Assembly: GCA_001766905.1 (NCBI GenBank)
Contig: MEKI01000137.1
Location: 30,319 to 94,318, forward strand
Reading direction: 5' to 3'
DNA length: 64,000 bases
From: Acidobacteria bacterium RBG_13_68_16
Lineage (GTDB): Bacteria; Acidobacteriota; Thermoanaerobaculia; Thermoanaerobaculales; Thermoanaerobaculaceae
The position numbers were made by a program, and so were the translations under genes. Shown here one piece after another: positions 20,836-30,370 of this stretch. The notes under the pieces are model-generated. The model had not been told where the DNA came from. It made no database searches and worked only from the letters and a program-made list of their open reading frames with translations. Positions within the stretch are counted from its first letter, which is position 1, and every line of letters begins with the position of its first letter.

Positions 20836-21926
20836 AGCCCCTCCAGTAGCCGCTCGTAGGCAGCGGCCACGTCGTCCCAACGGTAGCGTGTCAGTGTGCG
20901 CTCGCGCGCCGCCACACCCAGGTGGGCCATCGCTCCCGGTTGTGCGACGTACGCCTTGAGCTCCTGCGCGAGCGTGCCGCCCCCGGTGAAGACGAACGGC
21001 ACCCCCGCACTGCACACGACTTCGCGGTTGGGCAGGTTGTCCAGGAAGAAGACCACGCGACCGGCTCCCATCGCTTCTACGAGTGCGGGGTGGGTTCCGC
21101 CTATCTCGGTGGCGTGAATGTAGGCGCCGGCGTGGAAGAGCAGCTCGCGGTACCCATCACCGTAGATCGGCCCGGTCAGCACCACCCGCGGGTCGGCGGC
21201 CGCGGACTCGTGCAGGCGCCGGGTGAGCGCACGGGCGTAGGGCGCCCCCCCCACCATCACCAGCGGCAGGTCGCCGGGAACCTCGCGGTAGGCCGCGATC
21301 ACGCGGTCGGGGTTGTTCTCCGGCTCGAAACGCGAGACGTAGAGGAAGTAGCGGCCGTCGCAGAGGCCGAACCGGTCCAGCGTTTCCTGCCCCTGCGGCG
21401 CGGGAAGGTCGCCTCCGTAGGGGATCATCACCGACGCCCGGCGCCAGGCGCGCCGGTAGTAGACCTGGATCACGCTGGCGTCGGTCACCACTGCGTCGGC
21501 CCAGCGCGCCGAGAGCCATTCGCAGAGACGGTAGTAGGCACGACCCATCGGCCCCCACTTGCGGCGCTTGCGCTCGAGGCCGTCCACGTTGAGGGCAACG
21601 GGCAGACCTCGCGCGTGCAGGAGCGGGATGAACGGCGCGTTGGCCGCGTTGCACAGCAGCACGACGTCGAAGGCGCTGCGCCCGACATCGAGGGACGAGA
21701 GAAGCGTGTGCGAAAACGTCTCCAGCGCCTTGAGGCGCAGCGCCGGCAGGAGGCGTACCTTGACCCCGCGGTGGACCGTCACGCCCGGAACCGCGGTGTG
21801 GGAGCGCGTGTATACGGTGACCGCATGGCCGGCCGCGGCCAGGCGGGCCGAAAGCTCCTCAGCAAACGTCTCGAAACCCCCGTAGCGCGCGGGGATCCCG
21901 CGCGTGCCCAGGAGCGCGACCCTCAT
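20811..21926 (-). CDS. GT4-family (GT-B) glycosyltransferase
   Basis: MRVALLGTRGIPARYGGFETFAEELSARL N-terminus and a C-terminal GT1/GT4 Rossmann half. The ATG 21926 overlaps the upstream stop (TGATG). Confidence 0.88.
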   Translation of the reverse strand: MRVALLGTRGIPARYGGFETFAEELSARLAAAGHAVTVYTRSHTAVPGVTVHRGVKVRLLPALRLKALETFSHTLLSSLDVGRSAFDVVLLCNAANAPFIPLLHARGLPVALNVDGLERKRRKWGPMGRAYYRLCEWLSARWADAVVTDASVIQVYYRRAWRRASVMIPYGGDLPAPQGQETLDRFGLCDGRYFLYVSRFEPENNPDRVIAAYREVPGDLPLVMVGGAPYARALTRRLHESAAADPRVVLTGPIYGDGYRELLFHAGAYIHATEIGGTHPALVEAMGAGRVVFFLDNLPNREVVCSAGVPFVFTGGGTLAQELKAYVAQPGAMAHLGVAARERTLTRYRWDDVAAAYERLLEGLCCGNPRA

Positions 21927-22930
21927 CACGTTCCTACCCTGCGTACACGACCCCCGGGCAGGAACCACCGTGCCACCCGCCACCCCGAGACGAGCGCCCG
22001 GGACGCATTGGCCCGCCCCCGCCCCCGCTGCTGTCGGCGCAACGCCCACGCCTCCTGCAGCCCCGGCAGCGAGGAGCGCTCAACCGTGAGGCAGGCCAGT
22101 GCCACCACGAGGTCGCGCACGAGCCACCAGGGGAAACAGGCCGCCAGCCACTGCCAGTCGGCGTTGGACCAGCGGAGGAGGAAGCGGTTGCGCACCGAGT
22201 GACGGTTGATCTCGGGAGTTGCGCTGCGCCGGTGCTCCGGCTTGAGGCCTCGCTCGTGCCAGGCCCGCGCCGGCGGCCAGTACAGGCACTCCCAGCCGCG
22301 GCGCTGCAGGCGCCACGCCAGGTCCGCGTCCTCGCGGTACGAGAAGAAGCCTTCGTCGAACACCTCGCCCGCAGGGTACGCCACGTCGTCAACGGCCTCG
22401 CGGCGGTAGAGGGCGGCCGCGCCCGAGGCGCCGAACACCAACGCAGGTCGCGAGAGGGGCGCGCGCATGCCTCGTCCGGAGGCGCGGTCCAGGTGCCTGC
22501 CCGAGGCGGTGACCACCATGCCGGCCGAGTCCACACGCTCGGTCGCCGAAAGAGCCTCACCCTCTCCGCGCAGGAGCAGCCCGGTGGCCGCGCCCACGCG
22601 CTCCCGTGCCGAGGCGGCGGCGACCAACTGTGCCAGAAAGTCGGGTGCGAGGCGGCAGTCGGGGTTGAGGGCGAGCACCCACTCGGCCCGGGTGTGCCTC
22701 AGGGCTTCGTTGGCGGCGGCGGCGAAGCCGCGGTTCTCGTGGAATCGATACAGCTCCAGCGGGATGGTCCGGGCAAGATCCTCGATGACGCCCACGGACC
22801 CGTCGGCCGAGCCGTTGTCCACCACCACGATCCGTGTCGGGCGGACGGTCTGGCCGACAAGGGATGTGATCGTCGAACGAAGCGTCCGCGCGTGGTTGTG
22901 GGCCACCACGATGGCGTCGACCCCGCTCAT
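21926..22930 (-). CDS. GT2-family (GT-A) glycosyltransferase
   Basis: AIVVAHNHARTL...IVVVDNGSADGS, ENRGFAAAANEAL and LNPDCRL are classic GT2 (rhamnosyltransferase-like) motifs. The ATG 22930 overlaps the upstream stop (ATGA). The remainder of the 1270-aa track ORF is a shadow frame. Confidence 0.9.
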   Translation of the reverse strand: MSGVDAIVVAHNHARTLRSTITSLVGQTVRPTRIVVVDNGSADGSVGVIEDLARTIPLELYRFHENRGFAAAANEALRHTRAEWVLALNPDCRLAPDFLAQLVAAASARERVGAATGLLLRGEGEALSATERVDSAGMVVTASGRHLDRASGRGMRAPLSRPALVFGASGAAALYRREAVDDVAYPAGEVFDEGFFSYREDADLAWRLQRRGWECLYWPPARAWHERGLKPEHRRSATPEINRHSVRNRFLLRWSNADWQWLAACFPWWLVRDLVVALACLTVERSSLPGLQEAWALRRQQRGRGRANASRALVSGWRVARWFLPGGRVRRVGT

Positions 22931-25900
22931 CGCTCCACCATCAGCCGGTCGAGCACGGCCTCGCCACCCGGCGGTGCCTGGAGCGTGATGCGCAGCGCGT
23001 GCCTGCCCGCGCCCGGCACGCCCGGGAGCGGAACCGACCCGGTTCCCTGGCCGCTCACGGGGACCCGGGTTGGTGCGGCGCCGTCCCAACTCACCAGCAG
23101 GGCAGCCCCCTCCCGTGAGGGTCCGTCCAGCCACCCCACGAGGGCAAGCCCGGCACGCTGCGGCAGGTTGAGCGGGACGACCACGCCCTCCGCGTCGGCG
23201 ACCCGCCACCCGTTGGGGTATGAGAACCGGGAGAACGTCCCAGGGGGAGGCTCGAGCCTGCCACCGATCTTTTCGACCTGAGGATCCTCCAGGTCCACGA
23301 CGTGATCCGTGCGTTGCGTCACAGCGAGTACGGCCGTGGCCGCGCCGGCGAGCCACACCACCGTGGTCGCTCGGGCAAGGCCGCGGGCGAAAGCGGGGTG
23401 GGCGCGCATCGAGAGCACCAGCAGCACCACCAGGGCGACGAGCCCGAGCGGCACGAGAAACGTGGCGGGGGAGGGGCGCAGGAACGACGGGATGAGGTGG
23501 CGCACGTCGCCGGCGAAGCGCCGTGCAAGAGCGTCGGCAAGCCACCAGCCGCCGTCGCCGGAATTGACAGAAAAGTGGGGACGGGTGACGAGGGTCCACC
23601 ACACGAGGACGCTGGGCGGCAGCAACACCCAGGCGAGGCGGCGCCAGCGGGGAGCCGTTCGCAGCACCATCGCGCCAGCGAGGGCGAAGGCCGGCAGGAG
23701 CGGGACGAGGTAGCGCGCTGGGGGGGAGCCGCCCCCGTACCACTCGTGGGAGTGCAGGAGCGCGACCACGGTAGCCACCCCGCCGGCAAGCAGCGCTCGT
23801 TCGCCGTTGCCCCCGCGCCGCCAGAGCGTGGCCGCCCCCGCTAGGGCGAGCAGCAGCAGCGGAGCCGCGAACGCCAGCCCCCCGGCCGGGTCGAAGAGGA
23901 GCCCGCCGAGCACCGTCACGGCGCGCCCCGGGCTCTCCGGCACCAGGGTGGAGAGCCGCCTGTAGCCGAGGGGATGCCCGAACGTCGCCCAGCTCGCGGC
24001 GAGCCCGACCCCAGCCGTCGCGACGAGCACGAGCACGGCCCGGCGAACGTCCCTGATGCGAAGTCTCGCCGGCCACCAGCCCACCAGCACGAGGGGAAAC
24101 ATGATCAACCCGAGGCGCGCCTTCACCGCGGTTGTGAGCGCGGCAAGAACGGCCACCCCCCCGCGCCGTGGGCGGGGCAGCGCGAGGAGCACCACGGCGG
24201 CGATGGTGGCCAGCGCAGCGGGGATCTCGACCCAGATTTGGGTGGAAAACGTCGCCAGCGGGTGCGTGACGAGCAGGACCATCGCCAGCAGCGCCACCCG
24301 GGTGGGCGGGCAGCCGAGCTCCAGGGCCCTGCGGGTGATCAACGCTACCAGCGCGGCTCCGGCGAGGGCGAGCAGCGCCAGTGCACCGGTCCTGCCCCCG
24401 ACCAGGTAGCCCGGTAGGAGAAACATCCCGAGCACCGGCGGCTGGATGAAGGCGCCCATGTAGATGCGGTTGTACGGGCGGTGCTCGAGGTCGTAGTTGT
24501 TGGCGAGGTCGAGGTCGTGGTCCTTGGTGAGGGACTCGAGGACGATCAGGTGGAATGGTTCGTCGCCGTACAGCGGTGGCGTAAGGTGCGGGGTCGCGAG
24601 GGCGATCGGAACGAGAAGGGCCGCGGCAGTGACGAAGCCTCGCCGCCGTCGCAGCCACGCCGCCGCGGCCGGCAGCCACGCCGAAAGGGTCGCCGCCAGC
24701 GCGATGTCCACCCCGTGTCGCTCCCCGACGAGCCGCAGCGGCTCGACCGGGAGCCGGGCGAGCAACGAGGCGGCGGTCAGCAGCACCCAAGGGAGCGCTG
24801 CGGCCGGCCTTCGCCACGTCCGGCTTGCGACCTGCACGAGGGCAACCGCAATGCCGGCGGCGAGGATCCACATCGGCAGCGGCCAGTCGCGCGGCGGGGT
24901 CGGCTGCTCCGTGCCGGCGGCCGCCGCCACCAGGACGACCTGGGGTGGAAGGGTCGCCTCCCGCACGAGACGTGGGCGCACGCGCGCCGACAGCCGGGCC
25001 TCGGTGCGGCCGGCCACGCCCCACACCGCGTTCGACCCGACTTCCCCGGGGCGCCACACGGGCCGCCTGGGGAGCGTGTGCGCGACGTGTGGGCGCACGT
25101 CGGGCCGTTCGTGCGACCACTCGGCGGTGTCCACGCCGGCGCGGAGGGCGAGCGGCGCACCGGCGTCCAGCACTGTCGCCACCGTTGTGCCTGTCTGAAC
25201 CTCCGCGGCGTTCGCTAGCGTCAGGTCCAGCACGTAGACGCCCTCTGCCGAGAGCGGGAGAGCCACCTCCGGGCTGGCCGCGGTGACCTCCACCGCGGGC
25301 CGGTCGGGGGGTGGTGGGCGCACCGGTGCGAGGGTGACGGTCGCGGCGAGCCAGGCCGCGCCGGCAAACGCCCCTGGGAGGAAGGGCGTGATGGCGAGGG
25401 CGGCGAGCGGCGCCGCCGCGCCTGCCCACCCCGCGTGCGGGAACGCCCGGCTCGGTGCGATGCCGCCCCAGGGAGCAAGCGAGGCCGCAACCAGCGCGAG
25501 CGCCGTCGCGCCCGGGAGCCACCCGGCCAGGCGAGGCGGCTTCGCACCTGCGCGCGGAACGGCGAGACTCGCTGCAGCCGCCGCGAGGAGTGCCAACGGC
25601 ACCCAGAGGGGCGCGGTCTCGAGCGGGAGCGTGCCCGCCAGCAACCCGCAGGACGCGCCCGCGAACCCTCCCGCAAGGCGCGTGGTGCCCCAGGCCAGGG
25701 CGGCTGCAACCGCCAGCACCAGGGTGATGTGCCACCACTCGAACCCGACGAGACCGAGGCCGCCCCCGGCGCGGGCGGCGAGTGCGAGCGCGGCCACCAG
25801 GAACGGTCGTGCGCGCTCGCTCGCTCGCGGGAACGCAGCAGCCGTGGCCCCGGCGGCGACGAGCAGCAGGAGCGGCGGCAGCATCATCCGCCGCATGGTC

Positions 25901-26130
25901 GGATCACCCACCAGCACGAGTGCGAGCGCGGCCGGAAGCAGCAGCGCCTCTGCCGCACGCCGACGCCAGCCGGAGGGGGCGATGAACCCCGAGGGGAGCA
26001 GCGCCGCCCCCACGCTCGCACTTGCCCAGACCACCTCAATGCCGGGCACGCCCCCGACCCAGGCAATGCAAAGGCCGAGCAGCGCGAACGCCGCCCACGG
26101 CAGGGCCGCCAGCACCCGCGCTCTGTTCAT
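22927..26130 (-). CDS. 1067-aa polytopic membrane protein with a GT-C-like (ArnT/PMT-type) core and a C-terminal beta-rich extracytoplasmic domain
   Basis: Start set at ATG 26130 (MNRARVLAALPWAAFALLG). About 10 N-terminal TM segments are followed by a soluble insert. Then comes PPLYGDEPFHLIVLESLTKDHDLDLANNYD (about 24480..24580), typical of a first periplasmic loop of GT-C enzymes, with many more TMs. A roughly 150-aa non-hydrophobic C-terminus closes the protein. Confidence 0.72.
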   Translation of the reverse strand: MNRARVLAALPWAAFALLGLCIAWVGGVPGIEVVWASASVGAALLPSGFIAPSGWRRRAAEALLLPAALALVLVGDPTMRRMMLPPLLLLVAAGATAAAFPRASERARPFLVAALALAARAGGGLGLVGFEWWHITLVLAVAAALAWGTTRLAGGFAGASCGLLAGTLPLETAPLWVPLALLAAAAASLAVPRAGAKPPRLAGWLPGATALALVAASLAPWGGIAPSRAFPHAGWAGAAAPLAALAITPFLPGAFAGAAWLAATVTLAPVRPPPPDRPAVEVTAASPEVALPLSAEGVYVLDLTLANAAEVQTGTTVATVLDAGAPLALRAGVDTAEWSHERPDVRPHVAHTLPRRPVWRPGEVGSNAVWGVAGRTEARLSARVRPRLVREATLPPQVVLVAAAAGTEQPTPPRDWPLPMWILAAGIAVALVQVASRTWRRPAAALPWVLLTAASLLARLPVEPLRLVGERHGVDIALAATLSAWLPAAAAWLRRRRGFVTAAALLVPIALATPHLTPPLYGDEPFHLIVLESLTKDHDLDLANNYDLEHRPYNRIYMGAFIQPPVLGMFLLPGYLVGGRTGALALLALAGAALVALITRRALELGCPPTRVALLAMVLLVTHPLATFSTQIWVEIPAALATIAAVVLLALPRPRRGGVAVLAALTTAVKARLGLIMFPLVLVGWWPARLRIRDVRRAVLVLVATAGVGLAASWATFGHPLGYRRLSTLVPESPGRAVTVLGGLLFDPAGGLAFAAPLLLLALAGAATLWRRGGNGERALLAGGVATVVALLHSHEWYGGGSPPARYLVPLLPAFALAGAMVLRTAPRWRRLAWVLLPPSVLVWWTLVTRPHFSVNSGDGGWWLADALARRFAGDVRHLIPSFLRPSPATFLVPLGLVALVVLLVLSMRAHPAFARGLARATTVVWLAGAATAVLAVTQRTDHVVDLEDPQVEKIGGRLEPPPGTFSRFSYPNGWRVADAEGVVVPLNLPQRAGLALVGWLDGPSREGAALLVSWDGAAPTRVPVSGQGTGSVPLPGVPGAGRHALRITLQAPPGGEAVLDRLMVER

Positions 26131-26210
26131 CCTCCGGAGTATACGTTCTCGCGGGCTGCGGCCATGATCGTTACCTGCCCGAACCTGGCCGAGCGGCGAA
26201 TCGCGCCCGG

Positions 26211-27543
<1,333 letters not shown>

Positions 27544-27558
27544 GGAAGGGGGACCACC

Positions 27559-28026
27559 ATGCTTGCGGCAACCCTGCTCGCGGTCGCCGCCTCGCTGCCC
27601 CTGGGGGTGTGGCCCTCCGAGACGGGCCCGGCAGCGACGACGGTGCACGACGTGGAGTTCTACGTCGCTGATCCGGAGGACGATTACACCATTCTCGCCG
27701 TGCAGCCGTTAGCGGCGCCGCTCAAGAAGGCAGAGCCGGCAGAGCTCCGGCGGTTGGCCGCCCTCGCCGAGAAGCTCGGGGCCGACGGCGTGTTGCTCCT
27801 GGGCGAGATGCCCGAGAGGAGCGTCCCCGAGGATTACGACGCCCCGCTGCCCACCACCGGGCGTTACTCGGTGGCGGTGTTCGTTAGCTTCGACGGGGTC
27901 GATGAATGGGAGGGTAAGCTCGCGGTGCCCAGCATCGCTCACCGGGTCCGATCCCGGTCGCGCGTACTCATGAACGGGCACCGTCACAGAGACCGGCTTG
28001 TGACAGCTCTTCACGACGGTCCGTGA
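27559..28026 (+). CDS. Hypothetical secreted protein (155 aa)
   Basis: N-terminal hydrophobic signal-like segment MLAATLLAVAASLPLG and coding-like composition. No family recognised. Confidence 0.45.
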   Translation: MLAATLLAVAASLPLGVWPSETGPAATTVHDVEFYVADPEDDYTILAVQPLAAPLKKAEPAELRRLAALAEKLGADGVLLLGEMPERSVPEDYDAPLPTTGRYSVAVFVSFDGVDEWEGKLAVPSIAHRVRSRSRVLMNGHRHRDRLVTALHDGP

Positions 28027-28078
28027 CTGCGCGGAACGACCGGAGCACGCTGTCACTCCCCTGCTTGGGTGTGGGCTC

Positions 28079-30370
28079 ATGAGACGGGGCGCGAGCACCC
28101 TTTTCGTCCTGCTGGTTCTGCTGGCAGCTGCCGTGCGCTGCGCTCTTGTGCCCTTTCACCAGTTCCTCCCCAATCGGGTGTGTACGCCCGACTCCCACGC
28201 ATACCTCGAGCTAGCCCACAGCCTGAGGGAGCGCGGCGTCTTTGGTCGCGGTGCGCAGGTGACAGGGCAATCGGCCGAGAACCCGGCGGATGTGGAGACA
28301 TTCCGAACACCGGGCTACCCGTTTCTTCTGGCGGGGTTGATGCACTTGCCCGCGCCCACGATCCCGCTCGTCCTCGGCCTCCAGATCTTGCTTGACGCCG
28401 TGGCGGTGGCTCTCGTCTTCCTGATTGGGTGCGAGTTTGTGCCCCTACGATGGGCGTTTGCCGCAGGTTTGCTTCAGATCGTCGACGTGGCAAGAGTCGT
28501 GTACTCCAACATGGTCATGTCCGATGTGGCCTTTACGTTCCTGCTTTCGCTCGCGGTCTGGCTGGTGGTGAGCGCCGACGTGGAACACCCCAAGGGCCGA
28601 TCCGCGCTCGCCGGGATCGCCCTCACGGCTGCCACCGCGGTGCGACCGGTGGGATTCCTGGTCTTTGTACCCGTTGGTGTTTTCCTTCTCCTGCGAAAGG
28701 CGGGCACCAAGGCGATCGCGACCATCACGGTCACGGCCATCATGTTTCCGGCTGCGTGGACGGTGCGCAACGGCGTTCGCGCCGGCCAATGGACGATGAG
28801 CAGTGCCTTTGACCTCAACCTTTGTCTGGTTGCTGCGGCAAAGGTCAAGGCGCGCGCCGAGGGGATCTCACGTGCCGAGGCGGAACGGAGGCTGGGGGAA
28901 GCGGCCGTCGCGTCGAGCCCCGGCCCCGACCTGGCGGCGCGGAGCGCGGCGTTTCGCACGGTCGGTTGGAGAACGCTCCGCCTCTACCCTGGTGCAGCCG
29001 CGCACGAGCTACTCTTGTCGGCCATGGAGATCACACTTGCCGGCGAGCGGCGCAACCTGCTTCGCTTGCTTGGCCGTCCTGGCGGCAGCGACGAGGTTTC
29101 CGCGCTCGGAGAAGGGCCGCGTGATCCGCGAGCCATGGTCGGTGCGCTGACTCGGGGGCAGCCAAGTGTGGCCGCGCTCGTGGCGGTCCAGGTGGTGTGG
29201 AATGCCGTGCTGTTGCTGGGTTCGGCAGTCGGTGCCGTTGAGTTGGCGCGCCGGAGAAAGTGGGCGGAAGTCGGTTTGTTCGTGCTAATGCTCGTGGTCG
29301 TTCTGGGCCCGTCGCTGGTAGTTGCCAACGGGCGGCTCCGCATGCCGGTGTCTTTCGTGGTAACGCTTCTTGGAGTGTACGGAGTCTGGACCGTGTTGTC
29401 GCGGCGGATCGGTTCCTCGGCCGGGCACACGGTTCAAGCGCGCTGGACACACGAGAACCCTGCCGCCGGCACCGCGCGCGCGTGCCGTCGCACGAGTCGA
29501 TCGTTTGCCAAAGGGAGGGAAAACATGAAGACCGGAATCAGGCTCGCCCTCATCGTTGCAGGCATGTTGCTGGTCGCCGCGGCGGCTCCGGGTCAGGACG
29601 AGCTCACAGAGTGCCCGTACTTCACCGCGATGCCCAGCTACCAGCTCACCAGCTCGGACGATAAGGAGTTTGACGCGCACAGGTTCTTCAACGGCAAGGG
29701 ACTCGTCAACGTCGAGGGGAAGCTCTGGTCGAAGTACTACGAGCTCAAGGAGGGCGCGACCCAGGCGAGCGAGCTCCAGGTCATGAGGAACTATGCGAAT
29801 GCGCTGCGGGCGATCGGCGGCACGGTCCTCATCGATGGGACGTGCGAGGGAGCGAAGTGCGAGGAGTACGAGGGCTGGGCATTTGTGAGCGGAAGGGCCA
29901 GCAAGGACGGCAAGGAGATCTGGCTCGAGATCGTGCCCCACAATTCGGGGGCGGACTACCAGATGATCGTGGTCGAGAGGGAGGCGATGAAGCAGGACGT
30001 GAGCGCCAGCGGCCTGCTCGCGGCGCTGAACGCCGCCGGTCACGTGGCGCTTTACATCAACTTCGACACCAACAAGGCGGACATCAAGCCCGACTCCAGG
30101 CCGATCATTGACGAGGTAGTCGCAATGCTGAAGGAGAACCCCGGTCTGTCGCTCTCCGTCGAGGGGCACACCGACGCGACCGGGACCGCGGAGAAGAACA
30201 GGGCTCTCTCCCAGCAGAGGGCCAGGGCCGTGGTTGCCGCGCTGGTAGCGGCGGGGATCGACGGCGCCAGGTTGTCGGCCGTGGGTCACGGGCAGGAGAA
30301 GCCGGTGGCGGACAACTCGACCGAGGATGGCCGCGCCGCCAACCGGCGGGTAGAACTGGTGAAGCGTTAG
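28079..30370 (+). CDS. Continuous 763-aa ORF: a GT39/ArnT-like (GT-C) membrane protein whose frame runs, with no stop codon, into an OmpA-family gene
   Basis: The N-terminal ~450 aa are polytopic with TPDSHAYLELAHSLRERGVFG...FRTPGYPFLLAGL (PMT_2/ArnT-like). After the last TM comes a low-complexity Arg/Ala linker that looks like translated spacer. The OmpA-type gene then follows in the same frame. Confidence 0.6.
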   Translation: MRRGASTLFVLLVLLAAAVRCALVPFHQFLPNRVCTPDSHAYLELAHSLRERGVFGRGAQVTGQSAENPADVETFRTPGYPFLLAGLMHLPAPTIPLVLGLQILLDAVAVALVFLIGCEFVPLRWAFAAGLLQIVDVARVVYSNMVMSDVAFTFLLSLAVWLVVSADVEHPKGRSALAGIALTAATAVRPVGFLVFVPVGVFLLLRKAGTKAIATITVTAIMFPAAWTVRNGVRAGQWTMSSAFDLNLCLVAAAKVKARAEGISRAEAERRLGEAAVASSPGPDLAARSAAFRTVGWRTLRLYPGAAAHELLLSAMEITLAGERRNLLRLLGRPGGSDEVSALGEGPRDPRAMVGALTRGQPSVAALVAVQVVWNAVLLLGSAVGAVELARRRKWAEVGLFVLMLVVVLGPSLVVANGRLRMPVSFVVTLLGVYGVWTVLSRRIGSSAGHTVQARWTHENPAAGTARACRRTSRSFAKGRENMKTGIRLALIVAGMLLVAAAAPGQDELTECPYFTAMPSYQLTSSDDKEFDAHRFFNGKGLVNVEGKLWSKYYELKEGATQASELQVMRNYANALRAIGGTVLIDGTCEGAKCEEYEGWAFVSGRASKDGKEIWLEIVPHNSGADYQMIVVEREAMKQDVSASGLLAALNAAGHVALYINFDTNKADIKPDSRPIIDEVVAMLKENPGLSLSVEGHTDATGTAEKNRALSQQRARAVVAALVAAGIDGARLSAVGHGQEKPVADNSTEDGRAANRRVELVKR
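29525..30370 (+). CDS. OmpA-family peptidoglycan-binding protein (281 aa) with its own RBS, ATG and signal peptide, nested in frame in the ORF above
   Basis: AAAGGGAGGGAAAAC precedes ATG 29525. Signal peptide MKTGIRLALIVAGMLLVAAAAPGQ. C-terminal OmpA_C domain (FDTNKADIKPDS...LSVEGHTDATGTAEKNRALSQQRARAV...GHGQEKPVADNSTEDGRAANRRVELV). The N-terminal ~170-aa domain is unassigned. Confidence 0.85.
   Translation: MKTGIRLALIVAGMLLVAAAAPGQDELTECPYFTAMPSYQLTSSDDKEFDAHRFFNGKGLVNVEGKLWSKYYELKEGATQASELQVMRNYANALRAIGGTVLIDGTCEGAKCEEYEGWAFVSGRASKDGKEIWLEIVPHNSGADYQMIVVEREAMKQDVSASGLLAALNAAGHVALYINFDTNKADIKPDSRPIIDEVVAMLKENPGLSLSVEGHTDATGTAEKNRALSQQRARAVVAALVAAGIDGARLSAVGHGQEKPVADNSTEDGRAANRRVELVKR

Noticed and set aside
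22931-25738. Upstream 900+ codons of the 1270-aa minus-strand ORF 21926..25738
   Set aside because: Only the last 334 codons (GT2 glycosyltransferase, from ATG 22930) look like protein. The rest is Arg/Pro/Gly-rich and overlaps, out of frame, the convincing 1067-aa membrane protein gene.
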